A stretch of DNA of 64,000 bases from an uncultured bacterium (GTDB lineage: Bacteria; Hydrothermota; UBA3073; NMUJ01; CBEVQO01), in the NCBI GenBank assembly GCA_965552055.1, contig CBEVQO010000002.1, positions 352,001-416,000 of the forward strand. Direction: 5' to 3'. Within the stretch, counting starts at the first letter, position 1. The number at the start of each line of letters is the position of its first letter. Positions 39,113-49,490 of this stretch are shown here, piece after piece. Position numbers and translations under genes: made by a program. The notes below the pieces were generated by a model. That model was not told the origin of the DNA. It made no database searches and was given only the letters and a program-made list of their open reading frames with translations.

Positions 39113-40292
39113 TTTGTATCACTTTTTCATAAATTTTTATAAGATTTTTAGTTATTCCTTCTATTGAGAATTTTTCTTTAACATATTTTTTAGCATTATC
39201 CACCAGCTTTTGCGAAATTTCTTTATCTTCAAACAACTTTTCTATAGCATCTGCAAGTGCTTTTTCATCCTTCTCTGGAACAAGAATTCCTGTTTCACCA
39301 TCTTTCACTATGTCAATAATTCCACCAACGGATGAGGCAATTACCGGCACACCATAAGAAATTGCTTCAAGCAATACAACACCAAGTCCTTCAGTATCGC
39401 CTCTCTTATCATGAATCGCAGGCAAGACAAAAATGCGAGCATTGCGATATCTCTCAACCAATTCACTTTCGCTCACAAAACCACAAAATTCAACATTATC
39501 CAGCTCTAATTTTTCTTTTAATCTTTTCAAATCCTCAAAAAGAGGACCTTTACCAACAATTTTTATCTTGTAATTTTTCCCTCTATCTTTTAAAATTTTT
39601 GCTGCTCTCAATAAGTACTCAACTCCTTTTCTTTCAACTAATCTCCCTACAAATAAAATTTCTTTCCTTTTATCAAATGATAAACTCTCTTTCGGCTCTG
39701 GCAAAGAACTTGCAAAAGGCACTATTTCAATATTCCTCAACTCACCTACCAGTCTAAACAACTTTTCTTTTGTATAACTCGAATTTACTGTTATGAAATC
39801 CGCTTTTTTAACCAAAAATTTTAAAATATGTTTAAATATGAAGTTTTTTTCTGCAAAAACAATCTCTGCGCTGTGGAAAGAAAATATCATTTTCTTTTTC
39901 TTTTGTAATTTCATTAAATAACCAAAAATGCCCAGAGGAAAGGGCCAATGTACATGAATAATGTCAAAAGCGTATTTTTTAGCAAATCTCAACGATTCTA
40001 CAATGCCGAAGAATAAATAAAAAGGCAAAACAAGATAATAAAATTTATTTTCCTTTAATCTTTCGGGGACCGCACATTCGTGCGTCAATCTTTCGTATTT
40101 CTTGAAAAAATAACGAAATCTATAAACGAAAACATCTTTAATTTTACCAGATTTCAAACCACGATAAGATGAAGTGAAAATTTTAATATCTATTCCCCTC
40201 TCTTTTAACTTATCAATGAGTTTTACAAGCCAGGGAGTTATCACATCTTCTTCCTTTCTCCAGTAAGCAGTAACAATATAAACAACTTTCAT
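39099..40292 (-). CDS. Glycosyltransferase family 4
   Basis: HVHW, LFVGRLVERKG and EGLGVVLLEA; ATG at 40292. Confidence 0.92.
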   Translation of the reverse strand: MKVVYIVTAYWRKEEDVITPWLVKLIDKLKERGIDIKIFTSSYRGLKSGKIKDVFVYRFRYFFKKYERLTHECAVPERLKENKFYYLVLPFYLFFGIVESLRFAKKYAFDIIHVHWPFPLGIFGYLMKLQKKKKMIFSFHSAEIVFAEKNFIFKHILKFLVKKADFITVNSSYTKEKLFRLVGELRNIEIVPFASSLPEPKESLSFDKRKEILFVGRLVERKGVEYLLRAAKILKDRGKNYKIKIVGKGPLFEDLKRLKEKLELDNVEFCGFVSESELVERYRNARIFVLPAIHDKRGDTEGLGVVLLEAISYGVPVIASSVGGIIDIVKDGETGILVPEKDEKALADAIEKLFEDKEISQKLVDNAKKYVKEKFSIEGITKNLIKIYEKVIQNGIC

Positions 40293-40453
40293 TTCAGTCA
40301 ATATAACCAAGCGCCTTTAATCTCCTGCATTTCTAATTCCTAACGCAAATTTCTCAAAATAATCATCAATAATAATTTATAAAACTCAATAACATGTCAA
40401 GGAAAATTTTTTATCATCAGCTTGACTTTTTGAAATTTAAATTACAATCTTAT

Positions 40454-41956
40454 GTGAAAAATAAAGTGATAATTTTTGGATTAGATGGTGCGACTTTTGA
40501 TTTTATTCTTCCCTGGGTAAAACAAAATAAACTCCCTTTTTTCAAACGACTTTTAGAAGAAAGTGCTTATGGCTATCTCAGAACAACAATCCCTCCTTTA
40601 ACTCCCTGTGCCTGGACATCTTTTATGACCGGTAAAAACCCGGGCAAACATGGAATTGTTGACTTCCTCTGGATAGACCATAATTATAACGAAAAAGTTA
40701 GCTTTAACAAATCAAAAACATTATGGAGAATCTTATCCGAAAATGGTCTCAAAGTCATAGTCTGCAACATACCATGCACTTATCCACCTGAACCCGTAAA
40801 CGGCATTTTAATTTCGGGATTTTTAACTCCTTCTTTAAAGTCAAATTTCACTTATCCTTTAAATTTTAAAGAAAGGTTATTAAAAGAATTTCCTCATTAT
40901 TTTTTTAGAGAGAAGGTAAAATATTACGAAAACGAAAAAGAAAGAGAGGAATTTGCAGAAGAAGTTTTTAAATTGACAGAGCTTCATTATGAAGTTGCTA
41001 AATTTTTATTGAAAAACTTTGATTATGACTTTTTTATAATCAACTTTATGGGGATAGACCATATGCAACATTGGTTTTGGAGATTTTGCGATAAAAATCA
41101 TCCAAACTTTTCTGAAAAATTATCAAAAAAACACGGTGACAAAATTTTTAAAATTTATAAATATATAGACGATATCTTATCGGATTTACTGAACATAATC
41201 CCCGATAATTCTTACATTATTCTTATGTCAGATCATGGTGCGGGTCCCTGTTATGGAACAATGTGCCTTAATTATCTTATGTTAAAAAAGGAGTTTTTAA
41301 AACTTAAAAAATTGCCCAATGTAAGAAGAAAAGAATTTATGTTAAAAATAGGCTTCTCACCTTTTTATCTTTCACGCCTTGCTTTTCACATAAAGAAAAT
41401 TAAAGACGCTGTTGCAGTAAAAGATGTTGAAGGCAGAAAAGAAATAACTCAAAAATATGGTATCACATTGAAAGATATAGATTGGGAAAATACGCTTGCT
41501 ATCGCGTTTGGATATTATAATCAAATTTATGTCAACAAAAAGGGAAGATTTAAAAATGGCAAAGTTGAAGATAAAGATTATGAAAAAGTACGCGAAGATA
41601 TTATATCTATTTTAAAGTCATTAAATTTAAAGATAAAAGTATGGCGTAAAGAAGAGATTTATAAAGGAGAATTTCTTCCATTATTACCCGATATTTTCTT
41701 CTCCGCAGAGGATTTTGCGTATACTGGTAGTTCTTTTTTGATACCTTCTTTTAAACTTTTCATACCTTCCTTGACTTTCAAATCAGGAGAACATCGACTC
41801 TTTGGGATTTTCGCGATTACAGGACCCAACATAAAACATCAGAAACTTGAAAATATTTCTATTATAGACATCGCACCAACTGTACTTGAAATCTTCAAGA
41901 TAAAACATAAATATCAAATGGACGGCAGGGTATTAGAAGAAATTTTTGCAATTTAG
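40454..41956 (+). CDS. Alkaline phosphatase superfamily / nucleotide pyrophosphatase-phosphodiesterase
   Basis: GLDGA, AWTSFMTGKNPGKHG, DHMQH, MSDHG, GEH and DIAPT; start reassigned to in-frame GTG 40454 after a promoter motif. Confidence 0.88.
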   Translation: MKNKVIIFGLDGATFDFILPWVKQNKLPFFKRLLEESAYGYLRTTIPPLTPCAWTSFMTGKNPGKHGIVDFLWIDHNYNEKVSFNKSKTLWRILSENGLKVIVCNIPCTYPPEPVNGILISGFLTPSLKSNFTYPLNFKERLLKEFPHYFFREKVKYYENEKEREEFAEEVFKLTELHYEVAKFLLKNFDYDFFIINFMGIDHMQHWFWRFCDKNHPNFSEKLSKKHGDKIFKIYKYIDDILSDLLNIIPDNSYIILMSDHGAGPCYGTMCLNYLMLKKEFLKLKKLPNVRRKEFMLKIGFSPFYLSRLAFHIKKIKDAVAVKDVEGRKEITQKYGITLKDIDWENTLAIAFGYYNQIYVNKKGRFKNGKVEDKDYEKVREDIISILKSLNLKIKVWRKEEIYKGEFLPLLPDIFFSAEDFAYTGSSFLIPSFKLFIPSLTFKSGEHRLFGIFAITGPNIKHQKLENISIIDIAPTVLEIFKIKHKYQMDGRVLEEIFAI

Positions 41957-41960
41957 TTTT

Positions 41961-42764
41961 TTATTTAACACAGATAGCTAATAAAGATGCTACCTCTCTA
42001 TCGATCTTCTCTACGAAATAATAATCTTCTAAGGTAACATCTGTTGGAAGATTCAAAGTAATGACCTTCCGGATTATTGTCTTCAAACCTGAAGGCATAA
42101 ATCTCCACATCATCTTCAATTTTGAAGGCAATTTTCCACCTTGTCTTATTCTTTCATAATCCTTTGCTTTAGCAGTTCCTGTTAAACCAATAATTTTAAC
42201 CTTTCTGAAATATTTTGATAATAATTCCTTTAATTCATCTTCAGTATATTCTTTTACATGTTCCGGATTCCAGGGTATATTTTCCACTTCTCGGGCTATT
42301 CGATTTGGTGTTGACAGAAAAAAGCATCCTTCGGATTTCAAAATTTCCTTTACGATTTCCAAAAATTCTCCCGGCTTCTTTAAATGTTCAATCAGCTCCA
42401 TAGCAACTGCTATATCAACATTTGATTTTAATTGCGGTAATTTATCGATTAATTCATACACATTTACTTGATAAAAATATAACCCATTTCTAGAATACAA
42501 ATTCTGTGCTTTTTGGATTACTTTTTTATCAATATCTATTCCTATAACTTCTTTCGCATAATGAGCTAAATAATAACTCCCATACCCCTCTCCACACCCG
42601 ATGTCTAACACCGTTTTGTTTTTTACATAATCCTTTAAATAGCGGTATCTTTGCATATGAGAATAGAAAAGAGGCAATCTATCCTTCAAGTGTGAAGGAA
42701 CGGTTAAGATAACATCATCAATTACGATTTTATTAGCGGCTTCCTTATTTTTGCTTACTTTCAT
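41961..42764 (-). CDS. Class I SAM-dependent methyltransferase
   Basis: VLDIGCGEGYG, ELIEH, STPN and HVKEY. Confidence 0.9.
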   Translation of the reverse strand: MKVSKNKEAANKIVIDDVILTVPSHLKDRLPLFYSHMQRYRYLKDYVKNKTVLDIGCGEGYGSYYLAHYAKEVIGIDIDKKVIQKAQNLYSRNGLYFYQVNVYELIDKLPQLKSNVDIAVAMELIEHLKKPGEFLEIVKEILKSEGCFFLSTPNRIAREVENIPWNPEHVKEYTEDELKELLSKYFRKVKIIGLTGTAKAKDYERIRQGGKLPSKLKMMWRFMPSGLKTIIRKVITLNLPTDVTLEDYYFVEKIDREVASLLAICVK

Positions 42765-42768
42765 CTCT

Positions 42769-44961
42769 CTATTTCAATATCAATATTTTCGTAAATTTAG
42801 TCTCTCCGCCTGCCCGTAATCCAACAAAATAAGCTCCCGCTTTTAGATTATCATTTTCAACATCCAAAATTATTCTATTTAGTCCTGCTAATGCTTCTCC
42901 TTCATATAATCGTTTTATTTCCCTTCCCATAATGTCGTATAATGTGATCTTCACATTGCTTCTCTTATTTAAAAGGTAGATTATATTAATTTTATCACCG
43001 CAAGGATTAGGATAAGTCGTAACACCCATTATTTCTCTCTCGCTGACCATAGTAGCTAATTCCACATTACCATTGCAAGCATGTACATTTGTAATCTCAA
43101 TTCCATCTATAGGAACATCATTTACTTTTACTTTAACATACATTGTGTTGTTCCCTCGAGGTAATTTATAACCCCTTGAACTATAGATTACTACTCGCTC
43201 TCCTGATTTAACAGAATTGTAAGATATCTCCATCGCTTCAGCACTGCATTGAATATCTTCAATTTCAAGCTGAGAGGGATTAAAATTAAGATCAAATTGT
43301 AAACCACTTATATCTACTTCACTATTTATTTCTATAGGGATAACATAAATTCCTGTTTTAAGCGGAAGATCTCCTATAGAGATACTTATTCGTCCTTTTT
43401 CCCCTTTTCCCATTTCTTCACCTAAAATGAGACACACTATCCCAATGGCATCCAAAATGTTTATTTCTCCATCCCCTGACGGATATGGTATTACATCTGC
43501 AGCCCACAGCTCATATTCAGTTGGCGGATCTCCTATTCCAAGAATAATATTAATACATCTTACAACATCAAGAACATCTATTTTTCCGTCGCAATTAACA
43601 TCCCCCTTTTTACCATAAGTGAAATAAATAAAACCATCTTCTGGCAACAAGTCCACCGGTTTTGCAAATGGATCACAAGCCACTACATCTTTTAAATGTA
43701 ACAAAGTGCTATCGCCTATTTGGGCATTCGTATTACAAGTAAAGTAAAGTTTCAAAATGTAACCATCTCCAGGTAAAATACATTGATTAGATAAACTATA
43801 AAGTATCACTTTAAGCGAGCCAGGATAAATATGATAATTTAAATCCATTAGTTCACTTCTCAAAGTTAAACTTATACTATCTATTGATATTAACTCATCT
43901 TCAAATTGTAAAGTGAATTGCAACCCTCCTATACTTTGACTTGGATTTATAAGTCGCAAATAAGTAAACCCATTATCTCCCGGTCTACAATAATTATCCA
44001 AAACTACTAAACGATTCTCTGATTCGACCTGTGTTCTATAAACATAATCAAAATATCGATCTCCATTCTCCTCATGTCCTCCTGCAATATAAATATATCC
44101 TTTCCATAAACCCGACTGTAAAAAATGGGCTTTGTAAGGCATTACTCCCACCAATTTCCACTCTCCTAATGAATGATCTTCCTTAATCTCTGCACAATAA
44201 ACTGAATCTATCTCTGACTGATTGGTCGATTTTCCTCCAAAAACATAAATTTTCCCATTATACACTAACGCCGTTAAACCACTCAAAGGTAGAGGTAAAG
44301 AAGTTGTTTCATACCATTCTTTTATAGTATGGTCATCTTCTATTTTTGCATAAAAAACTTTATTCTTTATCCCCACATTATAATCATAACCACCTATTAC
44401 ATAAATATAACCATCATACACAACACAAGCATGACCAACGACTTCTTCGGGCAAAGGTGTAGTTGTTAACCATTCGGCAACCTTTCCATCTTCTTCTATT
44501 TTTCCGTAAAATACAGTGTTCTTTGAATCAAACCAATTTCTCCCTCCTATAACATAAATATAACCATCATAGGCCACAGCATATCCATTATCTCGTGCTT
44601 CAGGTAAGTCTGCCATTCTCTGCCAAGGTTCTAATGAATGATCCCCTTTTATTTTCGCGCAATAACAATCATTGTAAAAACCATTGGGGCCTTGCCCTCC
44701 TATCACATAAATATAACCTCCATAATGAGTAAAGGAAATTCCTTGACGGCGTGACAAAGTTTCTGTAAGTGTCCACTCCAAAAAATTCCCGTCCTCCGTA
44801 ATTTTAGCATACCACACTTTCCCAGTAGTTTGGTAATCGCCAGTAAGTCCACAAAATGTATACACATAATCATCCACTATCACAAAACCAAATTCCGCTT
44901 GAGGCTTTGGTAAATCGCGTGTCTCAAGCCATTGAAGTGATAATAAAATTACCCACCACAT
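42769..44961 (-). CDS. Secreted Kelch-propeller/cohesin/dockerin/cohesin protein with T9SS-type C-terminal domain
   Basis: Six Kelch-like YIYVIGG repeats, cohesin-like IGGLQFTL and ISGLQFDL, dockerin GDVNCDGKIDVLD...DGEINILD, and YPNP...GAYFV. Confidence 0.82.
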   Translation of the reverse strand: MWWVILLSLQWLETRDLPKPQAEFGFVIVDDYVYTFCGLTGDYQTTGKVWYAKITEDGNFLEWTLTETLSRRQGISFTHYGGYIYVIGGQGPNGFYNDCYCAKIKGDHSLEPWQRMADLPEARDNGYAVAYDGYIYVIGGRNWFDSKNTVFYGKIEEDGKVAEWLTTTPLPEEVVGHACVVYDGYIYVIGGYDYNVGIKNKVFYAKIEDDHTIKEWYETTSLPLPLSGLTALVYNGKIYVFGGKSTNQSEIDSVYCAEIKEDHSLGEWKLVGVMPYKAHFLQSGLWKGYIYIAGGHEENGDRYFDYVYRTQVESENRLVVLDNYCRPGDNGFTYLRLINPSQSIGGLQFTLQFEDELISIDSISLTLRSELMDLNYHIYPGSLKVILYSLSNQCILPGDGYILKLYFTCNTNAQIGDSTLLHLKDVVACDPFAKPVDLLPEDGFIYFTYGKKGDVNCDGKIDVLDVVRCINIILGIGDPPTEYELWAADVIPYPSGDGEINILDAIGIVCLILGEEMGKGEKGRISISIGDLPLKTGIYVIPIEINSEVDISGLQFDLNFNPSQLEIEDIQCSAEAMEISYNSVKSGERVVIYSSRGYKLPRGNNTMYVKVKVNDVPIDGIEITNVHACNGNVELATMVSEREIMGVTTYPNPCGDKINIIYLLNKRSNVKITLYDIMGREIKRLYEGEALAGLNRIILDVENDNLKAGAYFVGLRAGGETKFTKILILK

Positions 44962-45060
44962 TTTCCCCTCCTTACTACATTTTATTCAAAAAATAAAATT
45001 GTCAAGTTTTTTTCAAATCTCATTTAATCATAAAAATAATCGCAAAATAAATGAAATACA

Positions 45061-45087
45061 TTGACAAAATGGAAATATAGTTATAAT
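45061..45087 (+). promoter_or_regulatory. TTGACA-N15-TATAAT promoter, ATG 6 nt downstream
   Basis: Perfect hexamers at 45061-45066 and 45082-45087; ATG at 45094. Confidence 0.75.
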
Positions 45088-45093
45088 CAATAG

Positions 45094-46014
45094 ATGCAAA
45101 TGTTTAAAAATAAAAAACTTTTGAGAATAATAGGTCTCATTTTCATTTTTTTAGCTTTTTTCTTCCTTATTAAAACTTTTTTGAAAACATGGAAAGAAGT
45201 AGATTGGAGCACGATGGAAATTAAATACGAATTTTTCTTTCCCGCTATTTTCTTTAATTTCTTACAATTCTTAATCAGTACCTTTCTATGGTATTTTTGT
45301 TATTGTCATATTTTGAACCTTAAAATCAAATTTAAAGAGCTTTTGGCAATTAACATTATATCACAAATAACTAAATATATTCCCGGAAAAATCTGGTCTC
45401 CTGCAAGTGCAGTTATATTAACCACCAAATTAGGGGTGCCAATTGAGCAAAGTATAAGTGCCCAAGTATTTTTGACATTCCTTTATATTTTCTCGTCTTC
45501 TATATTATCACTTATTCCAATTTTAATTTTCTTCTCCAAAACCAATTTGTTTTTACTTGTTTTAATAATATCTTTAATTTGCTTTATCACACTTCATCCA
45601 TCAATTTTCAACAGAATAATAAATTTAATTTCCCTGAAACTCAGAAAAAAAACGATTAATGTAAATTTCTCTTATAAGGATATCTTATATCTTTTCTTCC
45701 TTTTCATTTTATCTTTATTCTTTCACAATATAGGATGTTTTTTTATGCTAAAAGCATTCTTTTGGAATCTTATAAAGTTTAAACAAATTTGGATTTTTAT
45801 CGGAATAAACACCGCTGCTTTACTTATTGGCTTTATCAGTCTGCTTCCAGGTGGCCTAGGGGTTCGGGAAAGCATTACATTTTTGGGACTAAAATCACTT
45901 TTTCCGACTTCAATCGCAGTATTGATGAGTCTTTTAATAAGATTATGGGTGGTTGTGTATCTTTCTTTGTTTTTCTTTATCTTTGGATTGAAATTTTTGA
46001 AGAAACATTTGTGA
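45094..46014 (+). CDS. Lysylphosphatidylglycerol synthase TM / flippase-like membrane protein
   Basis: KYIPGKIW and PGGLGVRE motifs; multi-pass hydrophobic profile. Confidence 0.82.
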   Translation: MQMFKNKKLLRIIGLIFIFLAFFFLIKTFLKTWKEVDWSTMEIKYEFFFPAIFFNFLQFLISTFLWYFCYCHILNLKIKFKELLAINIISQITKYIPGKIWSPASAVILTTKLGVPIEQSISAQVFLTFLYIFSSSILSLIPILIFFSKTNLFLLVLIISLICFITLHPSIFNRIINLISLKLRKKTINVNFSYKDILYLFFLFILSLFFHNIGCFFMLKAFFWNLIKFKQIWIFIGINTAALLIGFISLLPGGLGVRESITFLGLKSLFPTSIAVLMSLLIRLWVVVYLSLFFFIFGLKFLKKHL

Positions 46015-46081
46015 AATTTTTATTTTATAAAATTGGAAAAATTTTGTTGACATTTTGGTATTTTGAAGATAATAATAGGAT

Positions 46082-47209
46082 ATGGCGCATGCCTATACAC
46101 CTGGGCTGATAATTGCTGAGGAATTCCATGTAAGGAAAGAACGAAGATTACCCATTAAGGGTCAGGTCGTTGTATTTGTTGCCGGCAAAGTAAAAGCAGA
46201 GGATGTTGTTGCGAGGACACAGTTACCCGGTGATGTCGAGCCACTTAATATAGCGGGTATCCTGGGGGTGCCCCCCTCTGATGTGCCCCAGTATTTACTT
46301 AAAAAACCAGGTGACCCCATTAAAAAAGATGAAGTAATAGCAGAAATCAAAAGCTTCTTCGGGCTATTTAAAACTCAGGTGAAATCTCCCATTGATGGAA
46401 TATTTGAAAGCTATTCTACGGTCACGGGACAGGCGATGCTCCGTCATCCCCCTATGCTCGTTGAAATTACGGCTTACATCGATGGTGTTGTTACTGAGGT
46501 TTTTGAGAACGAAGGAGTTGCTGTTGAAACCGATGCTACATTCATTCAGGGAATTTTCGGAGTAGGTGGTGAGACAACAGGAATTTTAAAAAGGGTAGCC
46601 GATAAACCATCGGATGTTATAACTGCCGAAGATATTTCTGAAGATGTTAAAGGCAAAATTTTAATAGGTGGTGCACTTGTTACCGCTGACGCTCTTAAAA
46701 AAGCTGCAAAACTGGGTGCTAAGGGCTTTGTAACAGGTGGCATTGATTCAAAAGATTTAAGAGAATTTCTCGGTTATGATATTGGAGTAGCAATTACAGG
46801 TAAAGAAAAAATTGGCTTAACACTTGTGGTTACCGAAGGTTTTTCAAGAATGACAATGATGGAAAGAACTTTTAAACTTTTATGTCAGCATGAAGGCAAA
46901 AAGGCTTCGATGAATGGCGCAACACAGATAAGAGCAGGGGTTATAAGACCGGAAGTAGTAGTACCCCTTGAGGAAGTGAAACCCAAAAAGGAAAAAGCGA
47001 AAATTGAACAACAAACAGGGATTGATATTGGAACGAGAGTAAGAATTATAAGGGAACCTTATTTTGGCAAGATGGGTAAAGTGGTTGCTTTGCCACCTGA
47101 ATTAAAAGACATTGAAACAGAATCAAAGGTTAGAGTTTTAGAAGTAGAACTTGATACAGGTGAGAGAATTACTTTACCTCGAGCAAATGTTGAAATTATA
47201 CAGGAGTAA
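46082..47209 (+). CDS. Conserved hypothetical protein with biotinyl/lipoyl-like hybrid folds and a C-terminal KOW-like domain
   Basis: MAHAYTPGL, VKSPIDG, GATQIRAGVIRPE and GTRVRIIREPYFG. Confidence 0.7.
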   Translation: MAHAYTPGLIIAEEFHVRKERRLPIKGQVVVFVAGKVKAEDVVARTQLPGDVEPLNIAGILGVPPSDVPQYLLKKPGDPIKKDEVIAEIKSFFGLFKTQVKSPIDGIFESYSTVTGQAMLRHPPMLVEITAYIDGVVTEVFENEGVAVETDATFIQGIFGVGGETTGILKRVADKPSDVITAEDISEDVKGKILIGGALVTADALKKAAKLGAKGFVTGGIDSKDLREFLGYDIGVAITGKEKIGLTLVVTEGFSRMTMMERTFKLLCQHEGKKASMNGATQIRAGVIRPEVVVPLEEVKPKKEKAKIEQQTGIDIGTRVRIIREPYFGKMGKVVALPPELKDIETESKVRVLEVELDTGERITLPRANVEIIQE

Positions 47210-47222
47210 AAAGTGAGGGGGT

Positions 47223-47678
47223 ATGAAAATATCAGCGGTAGCAATTAAAAGCTGGCCAATATTCCATGGCATGACCGAGTCGGATATTGAAGAGATACTA
47301 AAAATATGCGAGATTGTGGACTACAAAGCAGGTGACCAGATAATAAAAGAAAATGGCTTGCCCGTTGCAATGTATATCCTGATAGAAGGTGAATGCAAAG
47401 TTACAGTTAGTCAGAGTGGCAAAGAAATACTTGTTGCAACAATCGGTCCAACTGAAATTTTCGGAGAAGTTGGATTTGTTGATGATTACCCGAGGACTGC
47501 AACTGTTACGGCTACTAAACCTTCAAAAGTTTTATTACTTAGAAAAAGCAAATTTGAGGAACTCGTTGAAAGAAATACAAAACTTGGTTTCAAATTGATG
47601 AAAAATATAGCATATGTTATTGCAAAAAGATTGCGGAAAGTAGATGAAAAATTGAAACAATTACCGATGTATACTTAA
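47223..47678 (+). CDS. Stand-alone cyclic-nucleotide-binding domain protein
   Basis: FGEVGF...PRTATV phosphate-binding cassette; no HTH. Confidence 0.9.
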   Translation: MKISAVAIKSWPIFHGMTESDIEEILKICEIVDYKAGDQIIKENGLPVAMYILIEGECKVTVSQSGKEILVATIGPTEIFGEVGFVDDYPRTATVTATKPSKVLLLRKSKFEELVERNTKLGFKLMKNIAYVIAKRLRKVDEKLKQLPMYT

Positions 47679-47689
47679 AAGGAGGTAAA

Positions 47690-48172
47690 ATGGACATTGT
47701 AAATTTATTAAAGGGTGTAAAAACTTTTAAAGGATTAAGTGAAAACGCACTCAAACAAATTACAGATATTGCAGAGATAAAGGAATATAATGAAGGTGAA
47801 GTTATTTTTGAACGCGGTAGTGAAAGCGATTCTTTATGTATTCTGGCAGAAGGTCAATGCGATGTAAAAGCACCACTGGGCAACTACACAGAAATCACAG
47901 TTCATCCATTAAATCCCGGAGATATATTCGGAGAAATAGGCTTCCTTGATGGTAAGCCACGCTCTGCTACTATAATTGCAAAAAAGAAGGCAAAAATTAT
48001 AAAAATTCATAAGAAAAAACTCGAAGAATTAATTGAAAAGGACAAAGAAATAGGTTTGATATTGTTTAAAAATTTATCAAAAGCACTTGCAGAAAGAATA
48101 AGGTCAACAACAGAACATTTTCAGAATTTCTATCTGAAAGCCGAAATCTCCTTCATGCAAAAATTATTCTGA
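47690..48172 (+). CDS. Stand-alone cyclic-nucleotide-binding domain protein
   Basis: FGEIGF...PRSATI; no HTH. Confidence 0.9.
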   Translation: MDIVNLLKGVKTFKGLSENALKQITDIAEIKEYNEGEVIFERGSESDSLCILAEGQCDVKAPLGNYTEITVHPLNPGDIFGEIGFLDGKPRSATIIAKKKAKIIKIHKKKLEELIEKDKEIGLILFKNLSKALAERIRSTTEHFQNFYLKAEISFMQKLF

Positions 48173-48197
48173 TATTTCCCGCAAACAGGAGGTAAAA

Positions 48198-49487
48198 ATG
48201 GGCGAAAAAGCAAAGGAGTGGATTAAAAAAGATACAGAATATATATCTCCATCTTACCTGCGTCCTTATCCCCTTGTTGTTGATTATGCGAAGGGAATGT
48301 ATGTATGGGATGTTGATGGCAAGCAATATCTTGATTTCACAGCAGGGATAGCGGTTTGTGCAACAGGTCATTGCCATCCCGAGGTTGTGCGCTCAGCAGA
48401 GGAGCAAGCGGAGAAACTAATCCACATGTCCGGTACAGATTTTTATTATCCTTCACAGATAAAACTCGCTGAAAAGCTTGCAGAAATTGTACCCGGTGCA
48501 CCCAATCGAAGGGTCTTTTTCTGTAATTCTGGTGCAGAAGCGGTAGAAGCAGCCATAAAGCTTTCGCGCTGGTATAAGCGCCGTCCTTACATAATTGCAT
48601 TTTACGGGGCTTTTCACGGAAGGACATGCGGGGCTCTTTCTTTAACCTGCAGTAAAATTGTGCACAAAAAATTCTTTTCACCGCTTTTACCATGTGTAAT
48701 ACATACACATTATGCTTATTGTTATAGATGCCCTTTTAACCTTAAATATCCAGAATGTGATTTTGCCTGTGTATCTTTTATTGAAGATGAGATTTTTAAA
48801 AAATTAGTTTCTCCTGAAGAGGTTGCTGCTGTTTTTGCAGAACCCATCCAGGGTGAAGGCGGTTATATAGTGCCGCCACCTGGCTTTTTTGAGCGTCTTA
48901 AAAAACTTCTTGATAAATATGAAATTTTATTTGTTGATGATGAGGTACAGGCGGGTATGGGCAGAACAGGAAGGATGTTTGGAATAGAACACTGGGATGT
49001 CATCCCCGATATTGTTTGTATTGCCAAAGGTTTAGCATCTGGTTTTCCTATTGGTGCGATGGTAGCGAGAAAGTCGATTATGAGCTGGGAAAGGGGTGCT
49101 CATGCATCAACCTTTGGTGGCAATCCTATCTCGTGTGAAGCAGCTCTTGCAACGATAAGATTGTTAGAAAATGGGCTTGTGGAAAATGCAGAGAAAATGG
49201 GCAATTATTTAATTGAGAAATTGAAAGAAATGCAAAAGAATTATGAAATTATGGGAGATGTAAGGGGAAAAGGTTTGATGGTAGGTGTAGAGCTTGTGAA
49301 AGACAGGGAAAAGAAGACCCCAGCAAAAGAAGAGTGCGATAAAATTCTGCAAAAATGCTTTGAAAAAGGATTATTACTTTTGAGTTGCGGTGAATCGGTG
49401 ATAAGATTCATGCCACCTCTTATCGTTGAAAAAGAACATATCGATAAAGCACTCGAAATTTTTGAGGAAGTTTTGAAATCCATTTGA
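48198..49487 (+). CDS. Class III PLP aminotransferase (acetylornithine/4-aminobutyrate type)
   Basis: NSGAEAVE, FHGRT, EPIQGEGG, DEVQAGMGRTG, AKGLASG and STFGGNP. Confidence 0.93.
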   Translation: MGEKAKEWIKKDTEYISPSYLRPYPLVVDYAKGMYVWDVDGKQYLDFTAGIAVCATGHCHPEVVRSAEEQAEKLIHMSGTDFYYPSQIKLAEKLAEIVPGAPNRRVFFCNSGAEAVEAAIKLSRWYKRRPYIIAFYGAFHGRTCGALSLTCSKIVHKKFFSPLLPCVIHTHYAYCYRCPFNLKYPECDFACVSFIEDEIFKKLVSPEEVAAVFAEPIQGEGGYIVPPPGFFERLKKLLDKYEILFVDDEVQAGMGRTGRMFGIEHWDVIPDIVCIAKGLASGFPIGAMVARKSIMSWERGAHASTFGGNPISCEAALATIRLLENGLVENAEKMGNYLIEKLKEMQKNYEIMGDVRGKGLMVGVELVKDREKKTPAKEECDKILQKCFEKGLLLLSCGESVIRFMPPLIVEKEHIDKALEIFEEVLKSI

Positions 49488-49490
49488 TTT

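Noticed and set aside
40340..40366. 8-codon ORF right after the promoter motif upstream of the glycosyltransferase, as a leader peptide
   Set aside because: There is no attenuator hairpin or telling codon run, and such an ORF is expected by chance in AT-rich DNA.
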